From Phycisphaerae bacterium (GTDB taxonomy: Bacteria; Planctomycetota; Phycisphaerae; Sedimentisphaerales; UBA12454), in contig JBAZTW010000007.1 in the NCBI GenBank assembly GCA_041661665.1, forward strand, positions 961 through 64,960: 64,000 nucleotides of DNA. Direction: 5' to 3'. The translations under genes were made by a program, and so were the position numbers. The notes under the pieces were generated by a model that was given only the letters and a program-made list of their open reading frames with translations, searched no databases and was not told where the DNA came from. Position 1 is the first letter of the stretch, and every line of letters starts with the position of its first letter. This document shows, piece by piece, positions 35,822-45,947 of the stretch.

Positions 35822-35957
35822 CCTATTCCTAATTTCTTTGCCGCTCAATCACCTTATACGGATTCCAAAAATAACTCGTGTTGTTCTCCGCGGGCAAGCG
35901 AAGCTGGTATAAATCTTTCCAAATCATCCGACGCGTGAGTAATTATGCCAATTGGTA

Positions 35958-37295
35958 TTATTTGTCCCGCAACTGTTCTTCTTTCCTTCTCGGGCGGACA
36001 AAAAGCCTTATCGGCACTTCGGAAAAACTGAGAATATCGCGAAGTTTGCTGATGAAAAATCTCTTATAATTCTCATCGAACAAATCGACATTATTTACAA
36101 ACAGCAATATCGTAACCGGCTTGACGGCAATTTGCGTAGCGTAATAAACCTTGGGCAACTGTGAAGTTTTGTTTCTTCCGCCGATGCGCTGAGTGTTTAT
36201 CTCCTCGACAGCCTTATTCATTTTCGCAGTCGAAATTTTCGTTGCCGACTGCTTGTAAAGTTCGCAGGCTAAATCGAGAACGGACTGGATATTTTTAGAT
36301 TCGGTAGCGGTCGTAAAAGCTATCGGGGCATAACTCAACTGCGGGAAAATTTTGCCGATATAATCCGCATAATCATCGCTGCTTGCTTTGCCCACGGCCA
36401 AATCCCATTTATTCACAACCAAAATGCAGGGCTTGTATTCCTCGCCGATAAACGATGCGAGCTTTTTATCAATATTCGACAACGGCTCAGTCGCATCTAT
36501 AAGCAAAAGCACGACATCGGCTCTGCGAATAGACCTTTCCGCGCGAACGGAACTGTAAAACTCTATGCTGTCCGAGAGCTGGCTTTTTCTGCGAACGCCC
36601 GCCGTATCAATTACGACAAAAGTTTTGCCGTCTTTTTCAAATCTCACATCGACGGAATCGCGGGTCGTTCCGGGTATCTCGCTTACAATAACCCGCTCTT
36701 CGCCTGCGATTGCGTTTGTAAAGGTGCTTTTGCCGGCGTTGCGCTTGCCGACAATCGCGATTTTCATTTCGACCTCTTTTGGTTTTTCGCCGGTCGAACC
36801 CTCGAGCGTCTCAAGAATTTTTTCGACGAGAATACTTTTATTAAGATTGTTTGTTACTGAAATGCAGAACGCGTCGCCGAAGCCTAATTTTGCAAAATCC
36901 GCTGCCGCTGGAAACATTTTAACTTCATCAGCTTTGTTGGCGACAAGAATAACTTTGAGATTATTTTTGCGAAGCAGTTTGGCGATTTGCTGGTCGAGAG
37001 GCGTTAATCCGTCACGAATATCAACAACGAACAAAACTAAGCTTGCTGACCCCATAGCCTGTTTGATTTGATTTTCGACGTGTTCTTTCAACTGGTCGCT
37101 GTCAACGATGCCCCATCCGCCGGTGTCAACAAGCTCGAAAAATCGCTCGTTGTTTTCGATGATGACGCTCACGCGGTCGCGCGTAACGCCCGCAGTCGGC
37201 TCAACAATGCTTATCATTTGACCGGCAAGAGCATTGAGCAAAGAGCTTTTGCCCACATTCGGTCGGCCTATTATCGCTACTATCGGCAATGCCAT
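35958..37295 (-). CDS. der: Ribosome-associated GTPase Der (EngA)
   Basis: Two tandem G domains (GRPNVGKSSL, DTGG, NKAD; GKRNAGKST, DTAG, NKWD) plus a KH-like C-terminus. Confidence 0.93.
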   Translation of the reverse strand: MALPIVAIIGRPNVGKSSLLNALAGQMISIVEPTAGVTRDRVSVIIENNERFFELVDTGGWGIVDSDQLKEHVENQIKQAMGSASLVLFVVDIRDGLTPLDQQIAKLLRKNNLKVILVANKADEVKMFPAAADFAKLGFGDAFCISVTNNLNKSILVEKILETLEGSTGEKPKEVEMKIAIVGKRNAGKSTFTNAIAGEERVIVSEIPGTTRDSVDVRFEKDGKTFVVIDTAGVRRKSQLSDSIEFYSSVRAERSIRRADVVLLLIDATEPLSNIDKKLASFIGEEYKPCILVVNKWDLAVGKASSDDYADYIGKIFPQLSYAPIAFTTATESKNIQSVLDLACELYKQSATKISTAKMNKAVEEINTQRIGGRNKTSQLPKVYYATQIAVKPVTILLFVNNVDLFDENYKRFFISKLRDILSFSEVPIRLFVRPRRKEEQLRDK

Positions 37296-37329
37296 TTAAT
37301 ATCCCGTCGTTTAAAACTGCTTCTAAAAT

Positions 37330-37566
37330 TTACCGCTGTGAATTTACATCAGCCGTAATTTCCTTTTCCATTTTATCAAGCTCGGCATCCATATTTTTTT
37401 CTGTAATCTGCTCAGCTGCTTCTTTCTGTATATCTGTTATAACAGATTTCGGCGGAGGAGGAGATGCCTGCTGCCGCCTGTGTTTGCAGCCAAAAGAAAA
37501 AATTAAAATACTGGAAACTGCTATCATTAAAATGCTCTTAATCATTTTTGCTCCCGATTTTTCCAT
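37330..37566 (-). CDS. Small putative lipoprotein/secreted protein
   Basis: N-terminal hydrophobic segment ending FSFGC (lipobox-like); 78 aa. Located 2 nt after the upstream ORF. Confidence 0.45.
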   Translation of the reverse strand: MEKSGAKMIKSILMIAVSSILIFSFGCKHRRQQASPPPPKSVITDIQKEAAEQITEKNMDAELDKMEKEITADVNSQR

Positions 37567-37568
37567 AA

Positions 37569-38033
37569 CTATTTATTATTGGGTTCGATATTCTCTAATC
37601 TTGTTGCCGGAGATGCGGGTCTGGTCTGAAGCCCGAGAATTTTTTTATGGTGTCTCTTATTTTCCATCTGAATTAGCGAATCGGCTTTTTGTGCTTTTTC
37701 CGGCTGGTTTGTCGCTATGGCAAGTTCTTTAATGCGAGTCAGAACAGCTATTCGCCTTTTGTTTTTTAAGTACTCATCGCCCATCTGCTTTTCACGAGCC
37801 TGCTGCCGCTGAGTATATTCCTCACCGCTTACAGCCCGCTGGTTTGCGTCAGACCGTGAATAATTCATTCGCCGCCTTAGGCGCTGCTGCCTTCGCTCGT
37901 TTTGCTGCGAATTCTGCTGTTGGCCCAGAATATTCGGGTCGCCGACCGCCCTGCCGCTCGCCTGGTTCGGCTCTGCCGATAAAACCGGACAAAATATACA
38001 CACCATCAGAAATACTTTGACTATTTTTTTCAT
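37569..38033 (-). CDS. Hypothetical secreted Gln/Arg-rich protein
   Basis: Signal peptide MKKIVKVFLMVCIFCPVLSA. Low-complexity Q/R-rich mature part. Confidence 0.5.
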   Translation of the reverse strand: MKKIVKVFLMVCIFCPVLSAEPNQASGRAVGDPNILGQQQNSQQNERRQQRLRRRMNYSRSDANQRAVSGEEYTQRQQAREKQMGDEYLKNKRRIAVLTRIKELAIATNQPEKAQKADSLIQMENKRHHKKILGLQTRPASPATRLENIEPNNK

Positions 38034-38196
38034 TTTTTATCTCCAGATTTTATTTTCTCGTTATTGCCCTTATTTTTCACTTTAATCGCAATAAGTCAAT
38101 ACAAATCGGCATATAAGCGGCTTAACTTTCACTTGCAAACGGTCGATTTTATGTAATAGTTATATAGAGTCCGGATTTTCCGACTGGAAAAACAAA

Positions 38197-40476
38197 ATGC
38201 CGACAACACCGACAAACACTGAAAGAATGAAACGACTGCCCTGGTGGTTTGCCGCCGGTATGCTGGACAACGTCCGAATATCGCTGGTTTTTGGGCCGGT
38301 CTTCGTCTTGTTTCTCGATGCCATTAAAATAGGAAAAGCCGGTATCGGTGTGCTTTTGGCAATGCCCCTGCTCTTCCAGGCGGTATCCATTTTTGCCGTC
38401 CCGTTAGTCGAAAGACTCGGCTATAAAAAATCCTGCCTGATTTTTTTCAGCGTAAGAACTTCAATTTTATTCGGCCTGCTGCTCACGCCGCTGTTTTTGC
38501 AAATGTTTGGAATCGGTGGAGCGTTTCTATGGGTCGCTTTTATTATGCTGGTCTTTTCAATATCGTTCGCCATAGGCCTTACTGCGGGTGGCCCATGGGG
38601 GCTGGAGGTGCTGCCGACAAATATCCGCAGCAAAATTATTGCCATTAACACATTTCTTTGCGGCGCAGTCGTAATACTCGGAACATGGTTTGCCGGTTTC
38701 TGGCTGAGCAAATCGAAGGGACTGCCGGGCTTTATGTTCCTGATTGCGACAGGTGCATTTGTCGGACTATTCGCCGTTGCAAGCCATGCAATGTTCCCAG
38801 GCGGCGGCAAAATTAAAAAACAAACACACAGCACAGAACACCTGAAAAATATGCTCGATGCTCTCAAAGACGGCGACTTTCTCCGCCTTCTGGTCGGTAT
38901 TGGAGTTTTCATTTTTATCGTTCAGGGCGTAGCGTCATTTATTCCGCTGTATATGAAAAACCTCGTCGGGATAGACAACTCAAGAGTCGTTTATCTGGGC
39001 ATCTGGCAGAACGCCGGAATTTTATTAGCTGTCTATTTTTGGGGCTGGTGCGCCGACAGATTCGGAGGCAAACCGGTCTTTATCACTGGCATAATGTTCC
39101 ATATATTTCTGCCGGTTCTATGGTATCTGATTCCAAGACATCACGGAGACACAAGTTATTATATCGCCGCTGTTGTCTCTTTTCTCACAGGCCTGATGTG
39201 CGTAGCGTATTTGATAGGCATTGACCGATACTTCTTTCTTACAGCGATGCCGCACGATAAAAAAACATCTTATTACGCGGTGTGGTTCGGTTGGACGGGG
39301 CTTCTGGCGGGGCTTGGCCCCATAGTCGTCGGTTTGGCTCTCAAATGGTGCGCCCCGCTCGATAACATCGCCGCAAATCTCCATATCAGAGTCGATTCAT
39401 TTCTGCCGGTATTTCTGGCGCATATGCTCCTGCCGGCAATTGGAATGTATATCTTCCGCAATATCAAGCGGGACAGCGAACTGACAACGACGCAGTTTGT
39501 CGGCCAGTTATTCCAGTCTATGCCTTTTGGCCTCTTCGGCTCTATCAGCTCCATAATGCGTTATAGAATGGCAGGCGAAGAAAACGAAAGAATTGTTACA
39601 ACGCGAAATCTCGGCCGCTCGGACAGCCCTTTTAATACCGATGAACTTATTGAAGCGCTCAGCGACCCCAGTTTCGATGTCCGCTACGAAGCTGTCCTGG
39701 CAATGGCGCTGCGAAAACCGGACCAAAAAATTGTAGCCGCCCTGCTGGGAGTATTGGAAGGTGAGGATATCGAACTAAGTGCAACAGCATCGTGGGCTCT
39801 TGGCCAAATCGGCGACAAATCCGCCGTCGCTGCCCTGAAAAAACAACTCACCGCGCCATATCGAATACTTCGCGCAAGAAGCGCAAGAGCGCTCGGCAGC
39901 ATCGGCGACAAAGAAACCGCGGATATTATTTTAGAACTCTTAAAAATTGAAACCGACTCGGTATTGAGAGTTGCTTACGCCTCGGCGCTTGGCGCAATGC
40001 GATATGTCCCCGCAATCGAATATGTGCTTTCTCTGCTGGCTGATGTCCAGAACGAAACTTTCCGCGGAGAAGTCGCCCTTGCCGCTGCAAGAATCGTAGG
40101 CAGCGAAAAAAGCTACATCAAACTGCTTCGCTCGAGCGCAGCCGAATGGTCAACGACGCTCAGCGGAGCGATATTGAAATTAAAAAAGCCGATGGTTCGA
40201 TTAAACCTCGACCCTGCGCTGATTGACTCTGTTGGTGCCTGCGCCGAAAGTTTCGCCGCCGAGCAGCATGGCTGGGCAATCGAACTGCTCTGGCCTATTC
40301 TCGAAGCGATGCCGAAAGATTTAATTGATACCGAATACAGAAAAGCTCTCGCCGAGTGCGGCAGGAGAATCGAACAGTTCGGCAGCCAGAGAAAAGAATA
40401 TATCATCCTTGCCGTCCACACCTGCGATGTCTGGCTTAGGGCAAGATGCGCCGCTAAAGCATACCAGGCCGAATAA
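38197..40476 (+). CDS. MFS-type transporter fused to a C-terminal HEAT-repeat domain
   Basis: About 12 hydrophobic helices in residues 1-450. Then repeated HEAT/PBS-lyase-like units (DPSFDVRYEAVLAMA, ATASWALGQIGDKSAVAAL, RARSARALGSIGDKETADII, LRVAYASALGAM). Confidence 0.7.
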   Translation: MPTTPTNTERMKRLPWWFAAGMLDNVRISLVFGPVFVLFLDAIKIGKAGIGVLLAMPLLFQAVSIFAVPLVERLGYKKSCLIFFSVRTSILFGLLLTPLFLQMFGIGGAFLWVAFIMLVFSISFAIGLTAGGPWGLEVLPTNIRSKIIAINTFLCGAVVILGTWFAGFWLSKSKGLPGFMFLIATGAFVGLFAVASHAMFPGGGKIKKQTHSTEHLKNMLDALKDGDFLRLLVGIGVFIFIVQGVASFIPLYMKNLVGIDNSRVVYLGIWQNAGILLAVYFWGWCADRFGGKPVFITGIMFHIFLPVLWYLIPRHHGDTSYYIAAVVSFLTGLMCVAYLIGIDRYFFLTAMPHDKKTSYYAVWFGWTGLLAGLGPIVVGLALKWCAPLDNIAANLHIRVDSFLPVFLAHMLLPAIGMYIFRNIKRDSELTTTQFVGQLFQSMPFGLFGSISSIMRYRMAGEENERIVTTRNLGRSDSPFNTDELIEALSDPSFDVRYEAVLAMALRKPDQKIVAALLGVLEGEDIELSATASWALGQIGDKSAVAALKKQLTAPYRILRARSARALGSIGDKETADIILELLKIETDSVLRVAYASALGAMRYVPAIEYVLSLLADVQNETFRGEVALAAARIVGSEKSYIKLLRSSAAEWSTTLSGAILKLKKPMVRLNLDPALIDSVGACAESFAAEQHGWAIELLWPILEAMPKDLIDTEYRKALAECGRRIEQFGSQRKEYIILAVHTCDVWLRARCAAKAYQAE

Positions 40477-40568
40477 AAAACAGTAACTCCCCTATCAGTA
40501 ATCCATCTCCAGTACCACCACCAAATCTTATTTATATCATTGGTACATTATGGAAGCGTCATTCGTAA

Positions 40569-40775
40569 TTATTCATTTTTATAAAAAAATCGTTTCACAA
40601 TGGCCATAACCGCCGCCATTGTAAGTGCTATAAAAGCTCCCATTAAAACAGATAACAAGAAATGATGTTGCTCTTCATACTTTTGCAGAAAAATACTACG
40701 AAGTATCGCTGCAAAGAAACCGGAAAACCCGGCTATTAAACCCAAAACTCCTGCCCCTATTTGTTTTGCTGCCAT
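40569..40775 (-). CDS. Small two-TM membrane protein (hypothetical)
   Basis: 68-aa ORF, two hydrophobic helices. No family recognised. Confidence 0.4.
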   Translation of the reverse strand: MAAKQIGAGVLGLIAGFSGFFAAILRSIFLQKYEEQHHFLLSVLMGAFIALTMAAVMAIVKRFFYKNE

Positions 40776-40863
40776 TATATACTCCTGCTAAATAATTCTA
40801 AATTATTATCAACATCAAGAATATCACCAGTGCCGCTGTAAAGCATATCAGGCGGAATAAAAG

Positions 40864-41628
40864 CTATTCCACCGTCCAACGAATCGAGGCTGAGTTAGGG
40901 TCCCATTCATATTTACAATAACCATCAGCATATAAAATATTACAGCCTTCACCTTGATGGTTTTGTGTGCTTATTAATTCTTTTCCGCCAACCATATTCC
41001 AACCCGGAGTATTTGTTTCAAAAATCAGTACCATATCAGGTGGGAGTTCTGATGCTTTTTTGCCCACTGCATTGACATTGAAGACATAATAACTCATATT
41101 AACTTTAGCTTTATTGCTTGGACAAGAAAAAGATTGTTTTGGTACATCAGCTTTTTCAACGAGCAAATCACACCATTTATCAGCAGATGGATAAGTATCA
41201 TTATAATCGTTGGCATAAACCATCATTGCCTTGCCAAGGCCGGAAAGGTTAGTGCCGCAAAGCTGTCTTTGAGCCAGACATCTTACTTTGCCAAGTGCGG
41301 GCATCAATATAGCCAACTGAATTGGCACAAGAAGAAAAATGCTGACAGCGGGTATGACTATTCCTGTTATCGCAAGGCCGCTGCCTTTTAATTGCCCATT
41401 GCTTTTGCTGATTTTAACTAATCCGCAAATTCCGCAAATCAGCGCAGGAATGGAGGTAATCATACAAGTAAAGAAGCCAACTATCGAAAGGACAAGAGAC
41501 CATATCGCAAGTTTGCTTGTTTTTGGTTTGCCCTCCGGTATTTGCGGTGGGGCTGATATTGGCTGGCCGCAAGATTGACATAGATTTGCGTTTTCGAGAT
41601 TGTCTTTTCCGCATTTTGGGCAATACAT
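40864..41628 (-). CDS. Zinc-ribbon / membrane / pseudopilin-like (DUF1559-type H-X(9-10)-DG) protein
   Basis: N-terminus CPKCGKDN...CQSCGQ, then two to three TM helices. Next comes a segment resembling the type IV pilin helix continuation (LAILMPALGKVRCLAQRQLCGTNLSGLGKAMMVYANDY). C-terminal HQGEGCNILYADG. Confidence 0.6.
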   Translation of the reverse strand: MYCPKCGKDNLENANLCQSCGQPISAPPQIPEGKPKTSKLAIWSLVLSIVGFFTCMITSIPALICGICGLVKISKSNGQLKGSGLAITGIVIPAVSIFLLVPIQLAILMPALGKVRCLAQRQLCGTNLSGLGKAMMVYANDYNDTYPSADKWCDLLVEKADVPKQSFSCPSNKAKVNMSYYVFNVNAVGKKASELPPDMVLIFETNTPGWNMVGGKELISTQNHQGEGCNILYADGYCKYEWDPNSASIRWTVE

Positions 41629-41683
41629 TTACATCTCCTTTTAAATAAAATTGGTATTGTTGTGATAATCATATTCATTTTGG

Positions 41684-41779
41684 AAAAAAAGGAAATAAAG
41701 AAGTAAAAAAATAAGGGAAATTGACTAACAGCATTAAAAATCCTTATATCTTTACTTCCCTGCTTCCTTACTTCTTTTT
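41684..41779. repeat. CCTTACTT-word inverted-arm element
   Basis: AAAAAAAGGAAATAAAGAAGTAAAAAAATAAGGGAAA ... AAAAATCCTTATATCTTTACTTCCCTGCTTCCTTACTTCTTTTT. Confidence 0.75.
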
Positions 41780-41863
41780 CATTTGAAAACCACAGGAGCT
41801 TCTGATAATATCCTGCCATCGTTGTTATTTTTTTAACAGCCGCAGGAATCTCAGGAAATTCCA

Positions 41864-43162
41864 ATGGAAATCAAGGCTTTTAAGGCTTACAGGTTTAACT
41901 CCGCTGTCGCCGGCGACACGGGCAGGTGCATAGCCCCGCCGTATGATGTGATAAATGATATCCAACAGGAAGAACTATATCAGCAAAGTCCATATAATAT
42001 CGTCAGAATCGACAAGGGCAAAACCAAAACCGGCGACAACGAAACCCAAAATCAATACACTCGCGCCGCGGAATACCTCATTGATTGGCTAAAAAGAGGC
42101 ATTTTGACTCAGGAAGCCAAAGATTCACTGTACGCTTATGTCCAGAATTTCGATGTGGCGGGCAAAAATTACCAGCGCAGCGGCATTATCGCATTAGGCA
42201 AACTTGTCGAATTCGGCTCAGGCGTTCAGCCTCACGAAAAAACCCTCGACGGCCCGAAAGCCGACAGGCTTAAACTGACACTGGCAACCAATGCTCAATT
42301 CGGCCAGATTTTTATGCTCTATGATGACTCGCAAAAAGTCGCTGATAAAATCATAGATAAGACTGTCGCCGGCAAAGAGGCCGCTGTTGATTTTACCGAT
42401 ACCGACGGCATAAGACACAGGCTCTTTATAATAGATGATGCCAAAGACATCGCCGCAGTCGTCGAAACGATGAAAACCAAAGAAGCCCTCATCGCTGACG
42501 GCCATCACAGATATGAAACCGCTCTGAACTATCGCAAAATTACGAAAAAGCCGACCGCCGACTGGCAAATGATGACCTTTATAAATATGCAGAATGAAGG
42601 CCTGATTGTTCTGCCGACACACAGGCTCATCGGTGCTTTGAAAATTTTTGATATTGACGAAATTATTAAAAAACTTCAGGAAGATTTTAAGGTAACGGAA
42701 TTTACTTACACCAATGAAAAGGAAAAAGCAAAAGGCCTGATGTTCAAGCGAATGAAAAAGGCTTTTGAAGAAAGTAAAAACGCTTTCGGCATTTATGATG
42801 GCGCAAAATTTTATTTCATCGTTTTGAAAAGCCATAAGCACGTTGAGCCTTTGAAAATCAGCGCAGCGTCAAAATCGCTCGATGTCGTCGTTCTGCACAA
42901 GGTAATTCTCGAAAGACTCCTCGGCATTGGCGATGCGCAACTGGCGAGCGAAACGAATATTGAATATATAAAGGATATAGGCAATGCCGTTGACGAAGGA
43001 ATTGCCGCTGTCGATAAAAAAGAAAAACAAATTCTGTTCTTTATGAATCCGACAAAGGTGGAGCAGGTAAAGGCCGTCGCTGCGGAAAATGAAAAAATGC
43101 CGCAGAAATCGACGTTCTTCCACCCGAAGATTTTTACCGGCCTGACAATAAATAAACTGTAA
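41864..43162 (+). CDS. DUF1015 family protein
   Basis: N-terminus AFKAYRFN...IAPPYDVI and ADGHHRYETAL match my memory of the DUF1015 family; 432 aa. Confidence 0.7.
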   Translation: MEIKAFKAYRFNSAVAGDTGRCIAPPYDVINDIQQEELYQQSPYNIVRIDKGKTKTGDNETQNQYTRAAEYLIDWLKRGILTQEAKDSLYAYVQNFDVAGKNYQRSGIIALGKLVEFGSGVQPHEKTLDGPKADRLKLTLATNAQFGQIFMLYDDSQKVADKIIDKTVAGKEAAVDFTDTDGIRHRLFIIDDAKDIAAVVETMKTKEALIADGHHRYETALNYRKITKKPTADWQMMTFINMQNEGLIVLPTHRLIGALKIFDIDEIIKKLQEDFKVTEFTYTNEKEKAKGLMFKRMKKAFEESKNAFGIYDGAKFYFIVLKSHKHVEPLKISAASKSLDVVVLHKVILERLLGIGDAQLASETNIEYIKDIGNAVDEGIAAVDKKEKQILFFMNPTKVEQVKAVAAENEKMPQKSTFFHPKIFTGLTINKL

Positions 43163-43237
43163 GGTATGCCGACTTGTCCTCCGCAGGAGGAAGGCATTTA
43201 ATAATTTTTTAAATTTAACTTTTTTATGGAGGTTAGT

Positions 43238-44326
43238 ATGGTTGACTGGAAAAATCCGCCGAAGCTCTTTATTCCCGGGCCTGTACACGTACTGCCCGAA
43301 GTCCTGCAGCAATTGAGCAGGCCGACTCTTGGCCACAGGGGCAAGGAGTACGCGCAACTGCACAAGGAAACTATTGATATGCTCAAGAAAATTCTGTTCA
43401 CAGAACAGAGCGTTTTTCTGAGCACATCAAGCGCATCAGGCGTTTGGGAAGGCAGTATTCGCAATTGCGTTGACCACAACGAAACGGTTCTTTGTACGAT
43501 GTGCGGTGCGTTCAGCGATAAATTCGCCGATGTTGCCAGAGCCTGCGACAGAAAAGTCGAAGAGCTGAAAGTTGACTGGGGCAAGGCGACCACCGTCGAA
43601 ATGATTGACAAAAAACTGGCCGAGGGCAAATACTCGGCTGTTACGATTGTTTATAACGAAACCAGCACAGGCGTTACAAATCCGGTTTATGAAATCAGCG
43701 AAATGATGAAGAAAAAATATCCTGACGTTATCGTGCTTGTCGATGCTGTCAGCGGTATGATTGGTCTGCCTCTGCATTTTGACAAACTTGGCTGGGACGT
43801 TGTTTTCGCTTCTGTTCAAAAGGCTTTCGCTATTCCGCCGGGAATGGCCGTCTTTGCCGTCAGCAATCGCGCGTTGGAAAAGAGCAAAAAAATTACAGGC
43901 CGCGGATATTATTTCGACTTCCAGGAATTTGCAAAGAGCGCTGCCAAAGACCAGACCCCGACAACGCCGTCAATTCCGCACATTATGGCCATCAACTACC
44001 AGTGCAAACGATTCCTCGAAGAAGGAATGGAAAACGTCTGGGCAAGACACAAAAAAATGGCTGACTTTGTCAGAAGCTGGGCGAAAGAAAAATTCGGTCT
44101 TCTCTGCGAAGAAAAATACGCGTCGAACACCCTCACCTGCGTCAAGAATACTCGTGGCATAGTTGTCGGCGATGTTATTAAAGCCGTCCAGGCAAAACAC
44201 AATGTCGCTTTCGGCAACGGCTACGGCAAGTTGAAAGATTTGACCTTCAGAATCGCGCATATGGGCGACATCACTATGGCCGATTTGAAAGAACTCCTCG
44301 GCTGGATTGACGATGAGTTGAAGTAA
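43238..44326 (+). CDS. Class V pyridoxal-phosphate aminotransferase (serine-pyruvate/AGXT or archaeal-type phosphoserine aminotransferase)
   Basis: LFIPGPV start, VDAVSG, FASVQKAF (PLP-lysine SxQK context). GGAGG SD lies before ATG 43238; the ORF track starts at 43226. Confidence 0.8.
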   Translation: MVDWKNPPKLFIPGPVHVLPEVLQQLSRPTLGHRGKEYAQLHKETIDMLKKILFTEQSVFLSTSSASGVWEGSIRNCVDHNETVLCTMCGAFSDKFADVARACDRKVEELKVDWGKATTVEMIDKKLAEGKYSAVTIVYNETSTGVTNPVYEISEMMKKKYPDVIVLVDAVSGMIGLPLHFDKLGWDVVFASVQKAFAIPPGMAVFAVSNRALEKSKKITGRGYYFDFQEFAKSAAKDQTPTTPSIPHIMAINYQCKRFLEEGMENVWARHKKMADFVRSWAKEKFGLLCEEKYASNTLTCVKNTRGIVVGDVIKAVQAKHNVAFGNGYGKLKDLTFRIAHMGDITMADLKELLGWIDDELK

Positions 44327-44352
44327 ATCTGCTCCGCTGTTTTGAACCCCAA

Positions 44353-44382
44353 AGGCCGGAAATTATCTCCGGCCTTTTTTAT
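44353..44382 (+). terminator. Rho-independent terminator
   Basis: AGGCCGGA-aattatc-TCCGGCCT, a perfect 8-bp GC-rich stem followed by TTTTTTATTTT. Confidence 0.8.
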
Positions 44383-44603
44383 TTTATCATGGTGTTTTTG
44401 TCAGCAATGACTTTTACAGCATCGGCTATCTGCTGCTGAGAGTCTGCAATTCTTCCAAGTCGTTTAGTCATTATAATCAGGCAGATAAGAGGCACTAAAA
44501 TTATTGTCAGCCACACACAGGCTATGAAAAAAATTAACAGCAACTCGATAAAAACCGGTCTTCCTGTCCCTATAATACATGCATCCATATTAAACCTTTC
44601 CAA
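44379..44603 (-). CDS. Small membrane protein (hypothetical)
   Basis: 74-aa ORF with one long hydrophobic stretch (PVFIELLLIFFIACVWLTIILVPLICLIIM). Confidence 0.4.
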   Translation of the reverse strand: MERFNMDACIIGTGRPVFIELLLIFFIACVWLTIILVPLICLIIMTKRLGRIADSQQQIADAVKVIADKNTMIK

Positions 44604-44677
44604 ACAAGTTCCGAAAATTATTTCTCCTTGTCAGTTAGATAATTCTAAAACACTAATGTTACACAAAAAATAAAAAA

Positions 44678-44956
44678 TTATTCAAAATTATAGTGTTTTC
44701 TTACCGGCTCTGTTACCTGCCAAACACATTTTAGGCCGGTAGGAAAAATCACAAGGTCGCCGGCGACAAATGACACTGCCCCGCTGCCGTGACGGTCTTT
44801 GACAGTTACCTTTCCCTCAAGAATCAGACAGGTCTCGGTTTCGGTATAATCCCAGTCGAAAGTACTCTTCGGGCACGTCCAAATCGGCCAGGCAGAACAG
44901 GTTTTTTTCTCCGCATCCGTCGGCTTTCTTACTATAACATCTTTTGCTGTGGGCAT
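44678..44956 (-). CDS. Cupin-fold protein (DUF861/cupin_3-like)
   Basis: ETCLILEGKVTV...AGDLVIFPTGLKCVWQVTEPVRKHY; 92 aa. Confidence 0.7.
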   Translation of the reverse strand: MPTAKDVIVRKPTDAEKKTCSAWPIWTCPKSTFDWDYTETETCLILEGKVTVKDRHGSGAVSFVAGDLVIFPTGLKCVWQVTEPVRKHYNFE

Positions 44957-45106
44957 TTAAAACTCCTTAACTTTAGAGTAAAAGCATAAAATGCAAAAAC
45001 TAAACCCTATCCCCTATACCCTATACCCCGCGGCTTTTCAAGTTAAACTGTGGAACGAAGAGCGTTTTTATAGTAGAATGCCCACCTTATTTATGGAACA
45101 GAAATA

Positions 45107-45898
45107 ATGAACGATAAGCAGCTCGAACAATTTGAAAAATGGTTTTACGACTATGTGGCGACTTTTTACATCGGCCAAACGCTGCACGATGACAACATCA
45201 GACTAAAAGAATGTCATACCCGCAGAGTTTGCGGCGACATCCTGATGCTGGCGGACAAGCTCGGCCTCAACGAACACCAAAAACTTATCGCCCAGACAAC
45301 AGGCCTGTTCCACGATGTCGGCAGGTTCGAACAATATAAGAGATTCAATTCCTATAACGACGTTGGTACAACCAATCACGCCCTGCTCGGATTGGAAATT
45401 ATGGCGGAAAATAAAATCCTCGATTGTCTCAACCCTCACGAAAAAAATCTGATAGAGTCCGCTGTCAGATTACACGGCGAAAAAGACCTGCCGAAAAATC
45501 TCGACAAAGAAACCGAATTCTTCGCGAAACTCATCCGCGACTTCGACAAGCTCGACATTTATTTTGTAATAGTGGAAAGACTCGACGATATGAAAAAAAA
45601 TCCCGAAAAATATATGACTACTCTGGGCTATCCGATGCGAAATGATTGCTCGCCGGAAATTGTTCGGGCTGTGCTTGAAAATAGAACCATTGACTATAAG
45701 GATTTTAAGTCGATTAACGATATGTTCATTGGCATTATCGGCTGGTTATCTGATATAAATTTTGTGCCCGTGCTTGCCGAAATAAAAAATCGCGGGCATA
45801 TAAAAAAAATTGTTAAGTTTCTGCCTGATACCGATGATATTCGCAACATCGAAAAACACGCTGAAAATTTGATTGAGAAAAAAATCAAATTGGGCTAA
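45107..45898 (+). CDS. HD-domain phosphohydrolase
   Basis: H...HD motif (ECHTRRV ... GLFHDVGRFEQ) and a downstream H (AVRLHGEKD). Confidence 0.75.
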   Translation: MNDKQLEQFEKWFYDYVATFYIGQTLHDDNIRLKECHTRRVCGDILMLADKLGLNEHQKLIAQTTGLFHDVGRFEQYKRFNSYNDVGTTNHALLGLEIMAENKILDCLNPHEKNLIESAVRLHGEKDLPKNLDKETEFFAKLIRDFDKLDIYFVIVERLDDMKKNPEKYMTTLGYPMRNDCSPEIVRAVLENRTIDYKDFKSINDMFIGIIGWLSDINFVPVLAEIKNRGHIKKIVKFLPDTDDIRNIEKHAENLIEKKIKLG

Positions 45899-45947
45899 TG
45901 GCTTTTTTTAAAATGTAACTAAAAAAATATGAAATCACACTGCCAGT

